The position numbers were made by a program, and so were the translations under genes. Positions 25,901 through 40,500 of a DNA stretch of 64,000 bases are shown here, piece after piece. The notes under the pieces are model-generated. The model saw only the letters and a list, made by a program, of their open reading frames with translations. It did no database searches and was not told the DNA's origin. The DNA comes from Antedon mediterranea (Eukaryota > Animalia > Echinodermata): assembly GCF_964355755.1 (NCBI RefSeq), contig NC_092672.1:3038001-3102000 (forward strand). Direction: 5' to 3'. Every line of letters begins with the position of its first letter. Position 1 is the stretch's first letter.

Positions 25901-28900
25901 AACACATAGAGACTCCGCTGAACAGGCTGCAAACATCTTAAGACTAACATCCGATCTTAATAGAATACGTCAAGAGTTTAAGCAGAAAGACAATGAGAAT
26001 AAAGCAACTATTGAACTACTTCAGCGACAACTACAAGACTTAAACCAAGAGAAACAAGCAACTGAGAACAACCTTGCTGCTCTCCAAACAAAAACACAGC
26101 TTGATAATCAGCAAGAGAAGGAACAGTTAGCTGCAAAATTAAAATCTACAAAGGATCAACTTAGTAACACTCTAGCTACAAAGAATGCTCTTGAAAGGGA
26201 GCTTATGGAGTTTAAAGAAGATTCTGATATGGAATTGGATGCCTGTAGAGAAAAGATTAATCAGCTTGAAGAAGAGCTTACAGTAAGTTACAGTATTTAT
26301 TGTTGCTATCCTATTATGGTTTTAATAGTTTTAGTGTCTTTCTTTTAGTAATCAACTAATCCTTTTTATTTCTATCAAATGTTAGGCGGCTGACAAAGCT
26401 CTTGAAAATCAAAAGAAGATTACAGCAGAAAGTAGAAAGTTAGCACTCGACCTGGAAAGAGAAAGAGGCCGATTAGCTGGTAAGACTATTTTTAATTTTA
26501 ATTATACAAATAATTAACTGGAAACCACTACAATTCTGATCATCTCTAGTATTTGATGACTTTTTTTAAAAATGTAATGTGCCCAAATTTGGTAGTGATA
26601 TCATCATGTCCATATATGGGCGGATCACATTGTTTTGTCAAACTAGTGTAGACCAAGCTTTACATTGATCTAATAATTTTGTTCAAAGGTGTCAAGCAGA
26701 GTCATGAACATCTTAAAAGTCACGCAAGCGCTCTTGAAAATGCTCTTGCTCAACAAGAGTCATCGTTGACTGACTTACAAGATGAGTTGCACACTCGATC
26801 CAGTATGCAGCAAGAAGATGCAACTAAGAATAAAAAACGTTTTGTAGAAACTCAGGAGAGTTTAGAAAGGGATCAAGATATTATCAGACAGCTTAGAAAA
26901 GATGTAAGTTTGTTTATACTCTTTATATTCAAATTGTTATTTATTCATTTATTCAAAATGGTAGCTTCAACATCAGAAAACAAATAACCCTAATATCCAG
27001 TTGGTTTGTATGAACTAAAATTGTGTGGGTTTTTTTTTAAAGCTTGGTAATGAGAGGTCGTCAACAGCAAAGTTAAAGAGAGATTTAGAAGACACTAAAA
27101 CAGAATTTGAAATCCTTAAAAAAGATCTGGAAACAAGAACATCTGAAAATGCTGCAATGCAAAGTTTGTTGCATAAAGAAAAAGAGGTATGTACAGTTTA
27201 TTTATATTTCTGTTGTTTCACTCACAGGAAAACATATGTTACAATAGAATTTGAAGCTAGGAAACTAAAAAACATCAACCACCAAGCGACAAACAAAGTA
27301 TTTTATGATTAAAACAAACAATATTTGTTATTATAGATTGAAGAGAAACAAAAGAATGCATTGGATGGAGCTAGGCATGATATCCATAGGACTCGAGCCA
27401 AACTAGGACAATTGGAAAAACTACTACAGGAGCAGAATGCCCAAAACCCTATACAACAAGATACTATCAAGGTACTGTATGACAATTCTTAGAATCACTT
27501 TAGGTTAGACTTTGGACATTGTTGTCGCACTGACTTCGAACAGAGTTGAGTTTTGATTTATTTCTTGTGGTATTTATTATAGGCATTGAAATGGCAATAT
27601 GAACAGAAAGTGTCGGAAGTAGAGGGAATGAAAGAGCAATTGGAAATGGCCGAGGAACGTCAACAAATTGAAATATCCAGCATTAATGCTGCCCTCAAGG
27701 TAAACATTATTACATTTTTTTAATGCTGCCCTGAAGGTAAACATTACATTTTAGTAATGCTGCCCACAAGGTAAACATTTATATTGAAGCGAGTGAGTGG
27801 CCGAGCGGTTAAGACAGTGGAACCGTAATTACGTAGCCATAACATCGGCACGGGTTCGAGGCTCACTCGCTCCATGGTTCTGGTGGTAGAACGAGTCTTC
27901 TCGGATAAGGACTATAAACCGTAGGTCCAGTGTACACATAGCTCATGCACACTTTAAAGAACCTAGTACACCTTTCGAGACGAGTAGGTGGTTACCCCGG
28001 TGTACTAGTCCACACAAACACAGCCACTGTCACACACAGCCACTGTCACACACAGCCGCTGTGCAAATTGGGACTTGGCCGTTTTAGAGGTGCTTACCAC
28101 CTGTTGGTCCAGATCCTTCACTAACTGAGTTAGTGAGAAGTCGAATAAATAGATAAAATATACATTTTATTAATGATGCCCTCAAGGTAAACATTTATAA
28201 ATTTTATTAATGTTGCCCTCAAGTTAAACTTACCTTTTCATGATCCAAAAAAGACATCTATGGGAAAATTTGTGATGACAAATTAAAAGAATGTTTTATA
28301 AACATATTGCGTAAATAGTATTAGTATTTACTCCTTATTTACCTACTAAAATATTCCAGGTGGCAAGAACTGATTTGGATGGTCTAAAAACAGAGCTAGC
28401 AACTACTCGCAAGGACAAATTTTCATACAAAAATAAGTTGGCTGAAGTAAAGGCAGCACTGAAGGCTACAGCTCAACAAAATAAGGTAACTTATTATTTT
28501 AACATCATTTCAATGTATAAAAATATTATGTATTTCACTAATTTTATTCAACAAAGTGTCAAATCACACAAACAAATAAATATCTTTGAATGGTATTCAT
28601 AGTGGAGCTGTAGCTTGGTGGTTAACATACGTGCCTTCCAATCTCAAGGTTCAGAGTTCAATCCTGACCTAGTGCTAGGGTTGTAACTCATGACCCATTC
28701 AACTCCACTCCCTGAGCGTCAAATAAGACTTTATAGGCACGATAAATTATAAAATATAATTATGAAATTTTTAAAAAATAAATAAAAAATAATGATAGTT
28801 AATATTCATTCATTAAATCTTTTATTTCGGAATCTCTGGTCCATAGAAAGTAAAAATTACATATAAATGAAATAAATATTGTTTATATTAAAAATAACCT

Positions 28901-30042
28901 TTTTTAGCTACTGAAAGCTAAGTTATTAGCCAAAAAGAACCTAGAGAAGAGAGCGAAAGCAGAAGCAGAAGCTGAGAAACAGAAACAAAAAGAGCAGCTA
29001 CAACAAAATCCAAACCAAGAGAAACAACCCCTGGTACAGAAGCAACTTGAGCCGATTCTCTCATCTGCATTCGATGATATAATAATACCAGAAATAAGTT
29101 ATGATGTTGATGCTTTGATAAGCAGTGAGGACGTAGACGCTGCCACGGCTGAAAAGAGCAGGTGAGAGGTTATTATGTATTAAGGCAATTGGATGGTAGT
29201 ATTGTATTTACCAAAATGTCTACTGATCCATGACAATCCAATGGTTTCCTTCGAACCTTGGTTCTAATGAAACCAATTCTAGATGATTGTTGAGATAGCA
29301 GAACATCTTTCAGATGAACTGAAACAGATGAAGCTGTAATTCCATGTGCAACATAAGCCATGTGAATGTATTACTTTTTTAAAGTACAGTGAACGCTCCA
29401 AATATCAGATTCTCTAAAAACCATAAAATCTCCCAAATCCAAATTTTTCTTGTAATAATAAGAGTTGACCTTCTAAAGACTTTAACAAATAGAAAAATGT
29501 AAAATAATATATTTTTGAATATTGTTTGTTTAATAATTTTTGTTGTAGACCATTGCAGGCATTACAGGGATGTCTTCAGAATCTTAAAGATCAAATGGGT
29601 CAATTACAACATCAAATGGATGACCATACAGTTGCTGTAAATTCATCACAGCAAACATGGAAGTAAGATAAAGCAAATTACTTTGCCCTCTGGAATGGTC
29701 ATTTAGCTGAGCATCCAGCTGACCTCTTTATCCTGTTAATTGGCTAACAAACCTTTTATATACATATCTCCTTCTTTGTAAATATATGTATATACATCTG
29801 AATTAACACAAAATACAAATACATTGTAGACATACTGTACCAGAAAGTTCTCCCAATACTTAGGCCAAACAACATATTCTAATACACAACTTTTGTTTAT
29901 TTTCAGGGAAGTGAAAAACAGTCTGACAGGGGTGAAAGAAGCATGTATGAAGCCTAACCAAAAGCAGGGGCTTAGCCCATCTAATACAATGCAACACAAT
30001 TCTTCTCCTTTGCCAAACCTACCCAATGTTTATAACCTTTAG
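19924..30042 (+). CDS. GOLGA3: Golgin subfamily A member 3 (golgin-160)-like coiled-coil protein, ~2060 aa
   Basis: Exons 19924-21247, 22306-22443, 22742-25038, 25194-26282, 26386-26479, 26689-26903, 27043-27186, 27337-27471, 27583-27699, 28360-28485, 28908-29161, 29549-29662, 29907-30042 total 6183 nt in frame. Recognisable motifs: VLQEKARLEGQLEAL, KEWLQEQL, KLALDLERERGRLAG, LKWQYEQK, RKDKF, PLQALQGCLQNLKDQM..LQHQMDDH. Start codon uncertain. Confidence 0.9.
27684..28232 (+). repeat. Five copies of the GOLGA3 exon end plus donor (TAATGCTGCCCTCAAG|GTAAACATT), interrupted by a SINE
   Basis: Copies at ~27685, 27721, 27755, 28171 and 28208. Confidence 0.9.
27788..28160 (+). mobile_element. tRNA-derived SINE
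   Basis: A box TGGCCGAGCGGTTAAG, B box GGTTCGAGGC, paired GCGAGTGAG / CTCACTCGC ends of the head, unrelated body and an A-rich tail. Confidence 0.8.
28603..28760 (+). mobile_element. Degenerate tRNA-derived SINE
   Basis: TAGCTTGGTGGTTAA (A-box-like) and GAGTTCAATCC (B-box-like), followed by an A-rich tail. Confidence 0.55.
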
Positions 30043-30368
30043 AATACACAATGTTATATATTAATTTTATGAATACCAAATTGTATAGATGAGAGGAATA
30101 AACTACACTATTCAGTGCTTCCAGATATATGTCTTGTTTTTATAAAGAAAATGAAAATGGGAATAAAAATAAATTCATCTAAGGTTCTACAATGGAGGTA
30201 TAAAATAACATAATTATTTTATACCTCCATGGTTCTACCTATTGTACTGGTTAACATTGTACCAACTTTCTGATTTAAAAATGAATTTATTATTATAAAA
30301 GAAAAACGATTATAAATAAATTACATGATGATGATTGTATCAACTTTCTGATCCCAAATGTTGTCTCT

Positions 30369-30540
30369 CTCTGTCTACACTATCAAACAAGTTTGACGAA
30401 AAAAATGCACAAATATGGTAGTGATATGCTTAAATATGGTAGTGATATGCTTAAATATGGTAGTGATATCACACCATCATGTTCATATATGGGCACATCA
30501 CATTATTTTGTCACATAAAGTTTGATAGTGTAGACAGTGC
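30369..30540. mobile_element. MITE of the CTCTGTCTACACTATCAAAC family in the GOLGA3 3' UTR
   Basis: Both TIRs and internal 21-bp repeats present. Confidence 0.85.
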
Positions 30541-30740
30541 TTAATTGGATGTATGTTTATAACTGTTTGTACAGCACAATTGGTAAGGTTTTTAGATATA
30601 CTTTCTTTTCATACTATTTAAATGTACGGTGCTTTTAGATTGAGAATATAAATAGGTTTTTTGATCTACTCCGGCTTTCTTTATTGTCAGTAATCTGCAA
30701 TGTACAGTAGCCATGCAGTGTTTTGCTTTAAAATAATATA

Positions 30741-31580
30741 GTTCATGCTATTATAATTTGCATAGTGCAATAGACATATACATATCTAGAACAAATATTG
30801 ATATATTATAAATCATTAAGAAATGTTGATTTTATTTTACAATTTAGAATGCATAATTATATTCTAAAAATTCATGATAATTACAAAAATATAGCGTAAT
30901 ATATGGAGGCAGTAAAGCAACCATTTACGGGAAGAAAGATATTGGAACAGTAAATTTGAAATTTCAAGATGATGCAAAACTTGCTGTACTAATGTTTATG
31001 TTTAATATTAAAAAAAAGTAGATGGAGTTTTTGGATATTTGTATGTAATTGTTATGGACCAAACATTTTAATATAAAATACCTTGAAAGACATTCAAAAT
31101 GTTTTATCGGGGTGTTGCATGATATATGTAACATGAATTTTGATAAACAGCAGCTATACTAAATTCTAATTAATACCTGTCTATGTCTGGTTTTTAGAAT
31201 TGATGGGAGTTGTTTACATAAAAAGAATAGAATTCTGGGAATACCATTTTGAGAGAGTTGATTCTGTATATAGTATATTATTATGTTTGGTTTTTGTATG
31301 GTCTCATAAATTGAGAACCTATACATGTCTGTATCTATAGCAACTAAAAATGCATTATCTCTATGGAAACAAACAATGATGTGTAAAAAAACTCTTTAAA
31401 AAAAAAAACTCACAGTGTACCACCGATATGTACATTTTTGCTCATATACAATTCTGTTTTATAGTTCATTTTTATACATATCTACTTCTTTCTTTCTGAA
31501 ATAAAGATACTTAAAAATAAGTTGTTCATACGGATGTTTTTTGTCTCAATACTTTATCATCTACAGTATATAAATCACAC
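30741..31580 (+). repeat. GOLGA3 distal 3' UTR / poly(A) region, duplicated at 52331-53270
   Basis: Colinear direct homology, roughly 90% by eye, including AATAAA at ~31499. Confidence 0.92.
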
Positions 31581-32559
31581 GTGATTTTTATACTTTTAAA
31601 TACATTGTTAAAAATTGCACAGATACAGTAGATAAATTGACTAGTATATTCTGTTAAAGTTTCTACATATTAATACATTTTTAAAATACTTGTAATACTT
31701 AAAATGTAACAAAAGAAACATCTCCTACAATACTTATGCTGGTACCTAAGTGACAAAGAAAAGAACACAAAACAATAGGTTCAACCATGGAGGTATCTAA
31801 TTTTATAGGTCCATGGTTCAACCATCTCCCTGTTTTTAAACTACTCATATATAAAAACACAAACCTTATTCTAAAATATATTTACAAATTACAAATAAGT
31901 AATCATAACTCTTACGTACAAAAATGAAATGTTTTGGACTGGTAGTTCTGGAGTAAATACAATTTTTGTTTAGAATCTAAATTAGACGAACTCGCGAATG
32001 ATTCGATGACTTTAGAAATGTTCTCCTATTCTTTAGCACTAGCTGATTTCGGTCAAGCCAAGTCACTGTCTCATTGTATAGGGGTGTTCCAACGAGCACT
32101 CTGAACCAATCAAATTACTTTTAGGTTGTTAGAAAGCTTGATTGGTCATTATTGGACAGCCATCGTAATCGGACAATGATATCAGAAGTTAGAGACGATT
32201 CTGTAACCCTATCTAAAGATTTTATAAACAGGCCTATACTTAAACCCATAGGACGATTTTAAATGGTGTTACTTTAAAAATCCCTCCGACGATGTTTTAA
32301 GAAATTACGAATAAAAAATAACATGAGGTTGTTGGTTATTAATTAAGAAGATCGTTGCAAAAACAGCCATAAGAATCGGTCAAGTATTTTTTTAAAATAC
32401 ACTACAAAAACTACCGTAAAATGGCCGCTTTTCCATCGATTTCGTGCCGTTTAGCGCGCTTTCCTCACATTCTTCTTTCACCATTTTTTATTTGTTGCTT
32501 TCTTTTCTTATGAAGTAGGCCTAAAGTAAATTAATTGCATTGTTTTGTACAATTAATTT

Positions 32560-33510
32560 TACTTTTAATCTTTGTAACAAACTACTTTTGTTACAATGTT
32601 TGCTGAAAAAAACGAATACAAAAGTTGGATAATGTCAAAATAAAAAACGTAACCGTAACAAATTGACTGCGATAGTAGAAGTCAATTATATGCCATCGTT
32701 CAGGCGCGGCCTAGTTGTGATTTGTGTGGTGGGACAGAAGTGGGGGGAACAATATAACTGACTACGTGCAGCTTACAGACAAATTGATGCATTTGACCTA
32801 CTAAAAGATAACATGTTATTTATTCAGTGATTATCTATTTTATTCAAACAATATCACGTCAGGTATGAATGTCATACTTTGCTTGTGATCAGCACAGCGC
32901 CCTCTGTGTATCGGATATACCTCCTGGATATACCTCCTGGATATACCTCGTGATTGAGCTCATTCGACCCGCCGTTTATTTCTAAACGTATAGCTTTGCC
33001 CACTTTTACAACACGTTATAAGCCTGATACATTTTTTGTTTGTTAATTAAAAGTCTTCTTTTCTCGAAGTAGAGTAAATGAAATGCATCGTTCTCTACGA
33101 GTAGGCTAATATATATTTATTGTACAACAATCTACATTACAGTACTACCGTACTTTTGTTACAACGTTTTGCAGACAAAATGAATACAAATTTGGATGGT
33201 TTTTAACAGAAACTTCAAAATAAGTAAAACTTTAACAAATTGAGTCTAACACCAGGAATATACTGTAGTTGTGATTGTCTGATTGGACAGACGTGGGGGA
33301 TCAATAGACTGACTACGTCCAGGCCCCAGTCATACAATGGTGCATATTTGACCTACTAAAAGATAACATGTTATTTTCAGTAATTATCTAATTTATTCAA
33401 ACAATACCACGTCAGGTATAAATGTAACCTTTGGTCATATTTTGCTCGTAACCAGCACAACGCCCTGTGTATCTATATACCTGGATATACCTCGTGATTT
33501 AGCTCATTCG
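32560..33510. repeat. Diverged ~400-bp direct duplication upstream of NLR1 (~32580-32970 vs ~33150-33510)
   Basis: Shared blocks such as TTTGACCTACTAAAAGATAACATGTTATTT and GGATATACCTCGTGATT. Confidence 0.85.
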
Positions 33511-33823
33511 TTCATCAGCTTTCATGGCAATAGCTGCTGTTGCTCATCACTTCTACAGAAGAAACATTGGTTTACCTAAAGAGTGGGACTTCAACACCGA
33601 AAGTGTAACATCATCGCCGCATGAGTAGTACACTGCATTCTCGTTTTCCAATCAGAAGGAACTGTAAAGAATTGTAAAAAAGAAAGCTGGGAACTGAGTT
33701 AAGGAAACTGTTCACTCTACCAGATAGCAGATGACGTCACCGTTAAAAACCGTGAGTTGCATACAAATTGAAATAATAATATTACCATTAGTATATTACT
33801 TGCATTGGTTCTTATAGTTACAG

Positions 33824-34096
33824 CGTATTCGTTGATAGATGCGATTAAGGCGCATTCGTTGATAGATGCGATTAAGGCGCATTCGTTGATAGATGCGATT
33901 AAGGCGTATTCGTTGATAGATGCGATTAAGGCGTATTCGTTGATAGATGCGATTAAGGCGTATTCGTTGATAGATGCGATTGAGGCGTATTCGTTGATAG
34001 ATGCGATTAAGACGTATTCGTTGATAGATGCGATTAAGGCGTATTCGTTGACAGATGCGATTAAGGCGTATTCGTTAATAGATGCGATCAAGGCGT
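33824..34096. repeat. 27-bp minisatellite (GCGTATTCGTTGATAGATGCGATTAAG, ~10 copies)
   Basis: Visible period of 27; lies just before a likely 5' UTR donor CAG|GTATAT at ~34123. Confidence 0.95.
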
Positions 34097-34552
34097 AGAC
34101 GGCAGGAGCACAATGTAAAACAGGTATATGTCTGATTGTGAATGTTGTTATCTAGTAGCCCAACCAGCTGGCAGGAGTTCATGTTCAGGTACCTTTAAAA
34201 TTCTACTAGCAAAATATTAACTAAATAAAATAAATAAATGAAAAAAATTAACTTAAATGATTTGATTATCCTAACAGCATATTTTTATATTGTATTCATA
34301 AATAAAGAGTTTACCCTCCCAGTTCTCTCGCTCTTTCATATCTTTTAAATAGGCTTAGGTACGGTATGACACCCGATGACATTCCGATTAGAAATACATT
34401 TTATAACGCTTGATTGTAATAGAGCCTAATTTATTGAAAATGAGAAGTCATACTTTCCAAAACAAGCAGGATTGTCCATTCCGCAACGTGACGTCATTTA
34501 TCCTAAATATAACATTTATATTTTTCAGAATTGAAGACAGAAAATTGACAAC

Positions 34553-37500
34553 ATGGCAACAGGTAACGAACAATTTAAAGATTGCTTTTGTTCAATTGAG
34601 AAACGGTAAGTTTAAAATATCTAGTTTACTAATCTTCTGTTTTCACCGTTTTGTAGATTTTAATGTTGATTTAGTGAACGTTTCAACTTGGTATGATGAC
34701 CACCACCTCTTTCGACAGCTGCAAGTTTTATACCGAGATTTAATTGCAGTAGCGGACATAGATAAAGCACAAAAAACGATAGACTTACTACACCAATTAA
34801 TTAAATCAGGACATTTGAGTTCAGAAAAGCTTACAGTACTTTATCAAACAATCAAAATAACTCAAACGTTTGGAGCCATCGAAGTTCTCCAACAATCTTT
34901 TCCCGACGTTCAAGAAATCAATATTACACATTTCGCTCCATATCGACACTGGATTGTCAATTTAGGAAATGCACTGACCAAAGAAGATATTGGCCAAATT
35001 GATGCACTGTACAATGGCAGTGCGTTAAAGAATTATGAAGATGCCTGGAGTATGATTTGGGATTTGGAGCAGAGAAAAATACTTTGTAAAGAAAGAAAAG
35101 AAGAGTTTATTAACGATCTAAGAAAGATTGGACTGGAATCAAGAGTGAAACCTCCGACTGAAGGTAAGTTGTGCGAAGCGTTATAACAGTCCGTATAAAG
35201 GTGCATGTTATGAACATAAATATCTCTCTTTTGTTAGTTTCTTACACATAATGAAACATATTCATTTTGAATTAATGCTCCCTACTGACATTTTAAGAGG
35301 TATAGAATATCATTGTACATTACATTTTGTCATTTATTAAAACAGGGCAAGTGGCAACCAGTAGTAATGAAGAACAAGGAATGCGAAAAGAAGTTAAATC
35401 AGAAACAGGTTAGTTAATAATAATGAGCCGTATAATTTTGTATGGCAAGCCTCAGCTGTCTGAAGTATTCAAAATATTATATTATTATATCATTTTCTAT
35501 TATATTATATATTGTATTGTAATGAATTATACGTTTTGCATTATATTACTTGGTTTTAGCATTATATTATATCTATTTCTAATATATTATGTGAAAAATG
35601 TAACAAATTATTGACTTTTTGTATTATATTATTTTGTTTTAGCATTATATTATGAACATTTAATATTATATTAGTAATAAAATACATTATATTATAATAT
35701 AATTGTATTATATTAAACGCATTTACTTTACTTTATAACATACAACATTATTATATTATACGGATTCGTTAGTTATATTATTATTTTGTATGATGTTTAT
35801 TATACGTCACGGCTTATTTCAGTTCTTCTAACTCTTTCTCTCCCTCCCCCTGTTCACTAGCAATCAGCGGCCGGCAGAATCTGAATTGTGTGACTGTTGA
35901 AGAATAACTACGTACTAGGCCTAGCCTAGGCCTACTAGGGGATCTAGACAAGTGACCAAGGATCACCGGACAGCTACAAATAATACTACAATACAATAAT
36001 ACTACTACAATAACTACTACTGCTACTACCTAGGCCTAGCTAGTGAGTAGTAGGTAGCTACTACTAGGCTCTAGGGCGTATGTATGATGTTAACTACTAG
36101 GGCCTAGGCTAGGCCTAGAGGCCTACTAGGCTAGGCCTAGACTTAAGTTGTAGTAGGCTAGGGCCGGGCCTGCTGCCTTAGGCTAGGCTACTGCTACTAC
36201 TACTACTACTAGGCAGCCCATGATGGGTACGAGTAAGCCAAAATTTTGGATATATGTAAACCAAAATTTGGGTACGAGCGTGTTGGCATGGCATGGGTAC
36301 GGGTTGACCTGTATCCTTCTAATCTAGCTAATCGTACTATGCCTAGGCCTCAAGTAAGTCTACGCTACCCAGTCCGGCTACAATATGGTCTATTTTGTTT
36401 TATAGCTTTATTGATAGCTGGGTTCAAATCTGTGTTGGGACGGCTTTTTCTCATTCTAAAACAGATTTCCTTATAATAAAATAATATATGAATTTATTTG
36501 TAATATTGTAATGTATACATAATATAAGTAATTGCCATTGCCTTTATTACTATTAATTATGTATTATACAGTTACCCCTTAATTATACTATAGTATAATT
36601 TCCTTGTTATATTTTACAATATTTTCTTCCTAATTCTAAAATTTTGTCTTTCACAGCACAAATTTATCATACTGAATCATCACACACCAAGTCTCATAAA
36701 TCTCTACTGTATTTGTCCAAGCTACTCCAGCTACATGGTATTGCCTTGAGGCTAAACTACACGGTATACTGGCACTACCATCATTCCTGGCTCGTCAACC
36801 TGTACCACATAAGCACAGTTTCAGTTTCAGTTTATTTACCATTTCAATTTCTGAACATAAGAGATGAACAACTTATATGGATGGATAACCGTAAGAGCGA
36901 AGCTCGTTTACCGGTCACCCGTTAGTGCAGTGACATTACAGAAAACATAAAGACAGGACAAAGGTGCAATACTTAACAAGACATGTGAACACTTGTGTTT
37001 GCAACCCCTTGGATAAAATAATATATTTATATAAAGGAGAAAGTTAGATATTATAATATTTCTTTTTGATCATACAATGATATTTTTTAAATTACTTCTT
37101 AAGAAGTCATACTACTGATTCAAAATAGTGACTTACACCCTGTGGTCAAGGCTTTATTTGCTCTTATGCTTATTTCCTCCAACATACAGAGTACATAGGA
37201 CTTTTTTTATTCATAACTGTTGAATTGTTTCCCAATACATAGTACCTATTGGTATTATATCTAAAAATACAAAGGCGACTAACACAGATAGTTCCATATA
37301 TACAGTACTCTTTTATAGATAGATGTATCTCTCCAAACTACTCCCAACTACCTAATCTAATAATAGTACTATTAGCATACTACTATACACTTTGTAGACA
37401 AGAAATAAGTTGTATACACCTACAGGACTTATGGTAGTACAGTCGATCGCACTCTCACTGGCCCGGTCAACATAATCTATACCTAGATTAATATTACAGT

Positions 37501-40500
37501 AATTAAAGTACATTATTACAGAGTTTTGTTTTTTTTGCAGAAATCAAAGTTATGTGTATAGAAAGCAGTACTCGTATTAAAAACTAAGCAGGTTGCAGGT
37601 CTTGAATGCAAACTGGCAGGATATTTTGAATATTTTTTGTTGTTTAAATGATGGAATCCTAACTTCAGTTTCCACGAACTGGAGACGAAGACATATTATG
37701 ACCCTTTTATTTAAATTTATTTGAATAGACCTCCATGTAAAGTCATTAAAGGCTACATGATTGTTTTATATTTTAATATGTGATAGTAGGAAATCATTGT
37801 GTATAATGAGGACTATGAATCTGATATTTACTTGCATTCTTATCTTTTTAAAATATTATTTATAATGCCGGTAATGAGTTTAAAATTTAATTATATTGAC
37901 TATTTTTGATAATCATCATGTCCTTATAAATTCATTTATACTTTTTTTGTGTAATATAGTTCATATATTATGTATTAAATAAATTGGTAAGGCCCTATAC
38001 TGTTATTATTTAAGGAAAGTTTATATACACTATTATTTTATGCCTACCAATATTAGTATTAATTGTTTATGTAAATATTTTGTCTAATTGCCTTGATTTT
38101 TGTATAGGCCAATGGCATCAATGTTTTTCTCAAAGCAAATTAGCCTAATAATGCCACATTTAGACACATGATTCATTGATTTCTGATATTCTGTACTTGT
38201 GTGTATGCATTACTAAAATAGTAGTTAATATATTTCATTTATAATGTATGTATAAACATATATTCATATTTTTTTAAACATTTTTAAATTTAAAAATTAT
38301 TACAATACCTATCTACCTTTCTGATATTGTTACTATTATATAATATTCTTTGAGGCAGCAATAAAAAAAAAATTAGAACAATTAATTTGACTTATACTGT
38401 ACTATGTTAGTTCAGGAGATGAAGTGTGTGTGGGCAGAAACTAGTGTGTTGGAGGTTGGTGGTGTGAGGTGTATAGTAGTCACTTTAAGACCTAAATTAG
38501 ATGTTTTCTGAAGAAAAGAAGTAAGCGCATACGCTTTCAAACAACTCCAAGAAGATTCACACAAAAATAATTACTTTCCAATAAAGTAGTATAACCAGGG
38601 AAGAGTTAACTCTTTCCTGGTATAACAGTGTATATTACAGTACATTGAATAAACTCGAGCGGAATAATAACGCACATAAAAAAACATTCATTTTCTTTTC
38701 GAAAAGTGCCCTCTCTAGTTTTCTATTAATTTATTAATAATTGTTATTAATTAATGAGTAATATGAACATACATATTAACATTTAATGCTGGAAACTATA
38801 TCTACTCCTAACAAAGTTTCATATCTCCAAATTTCATTAACGTATTCAAAGCACTTCAATAAATTACATTTAACAATTACAAATTCAAGTTTTGGATATA
38901 ATTTTGCTTAAAAACATATACAAAAAACATCGATAAAAAATACTTTTCGTATTCAAAAACATTTGATACTTGGTATAAATGTTCAATATAGGTTGCTCCA
39001 TCCATATTGCAAACAAAAAATAACTATCAAGCCATATCACTGATTTTTTAAATTTACGTTTTTACAAAATGTACACTTATGAAAGACCATACAATTCCCA
39101 CTCATTTTTTTCAAGCTAATAACTATTTTGAAAAAACAACCAACAAAAAACGTTCATGAATGCAATTTTCTTCTGTGAATAGAGCAACCTATAGTGAACA
39201 TTTATACCAAGTATCAAATGTTTTTGAATACGAAAAGTATTTTTTATCGATGGTTTTTGTATATGTTTTTAAGCCAAAGTCTATCCAAAACCCGAATTTT
39301 TATGTTAAATGTGATATTTAATATTGAAGTGCTTTGAATACGTTAATGAAATTTAGAGATATGAAACTTTGTTAGGAGTAGAACCAGCTTCCAGCATTGA
39401 ATGTTAAAAATATGTTCATATTACTCATTAATTAATAATAATAATAATATTAATAATAATAAATTAATAGAAAACTAGAGAGGGCACTTTTCGAAAAGAA
39501 AATGAATGTTTTTTTATGTGCGTTATTATTCCGCTCGAGTTTATTCAATGTACTGTAATATACACTGTTATACTACTTTATTGGAAAGTAATTATTTTTG
39601 TGTGAATCTTCTTGGAGTTGTTTGAAAGCGTATGCGCTTACTTCTTTTCTTCAGAAAACATCTAATTTAGGTCTTAAAGTGACTACTATACACCTCACAC
39701 AACCAACCTCCAACACACTAGTTTCTGCCCACACACACTTCATCTCCTGAACTAACATAGTACAGTATAAGTCAAATTAATTGTTCTAATTTTTTTTTTT
39801 ATTGCTGCCTCAAAGAATATTATATAATAGTAACAATATCAGAAAGGTAGATAGGTATTGTAATAATTTTTAAATTTAAAAATGTTAAATAAAAATATGA
39901 ATATATGTTTATACATACATTATAAATGAAATATATTAACTACTATTTTAGTAATGCATACACACAAGTACAGAATATCAGAAATCAATGAATCATGTGT
40001 CTAAATGTGGCATTATTAGGCTAATTTGCTTTGAGAAAAACATTGATGCCATTGGCCTATACAAAAATCAAGGCAATTAGACAAAATATTTACATAAACA
40101 ATTAATACTAATATTGGTAGGCATAAAATAATAGTGTATATAAACTTTCCTTAAATAATAACAGTATAGGGCCTTACCAATTTATTTAATACATAATATA
40201 TGAACTATATTACACATAAAAAGTATAAATGAATTTATAAGGACATGATGATTATCAAAAATAGTCAATATCATTAAATTTTAAACTCATTACCGGCATT
40301 ATAAATAATATTTTAAAAAGATAAGAATGCAAGTAAATATCAGATTCATAGTCCTCATTATACACAATGATTTCCTACTATCACATATTAAAATATAAAA
40401 CAATCATGTAGCCTTTAATGACTTTACATGGAGGTCTATTCAAATAAATTTAAATAAAAGGGTCATAATATGTCTTTGTCTCCAGTTCGTGGAAATTGAA

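Noticed and set aside
27788-27875. Functional tRNA gene
   Set aside because: A and B boxes are present, but there is no canonical anticodon arm and the sequence continues into a SINE body with an A-rich tail.
33717-34098. Repetitive ORFs (ALIASINEY)n / (AYSLIDAIK)n
   Set aside because: Translation of a 27-bp minisatellite that is open on both strands by chance; no splice connection to NLR1 coding exons.
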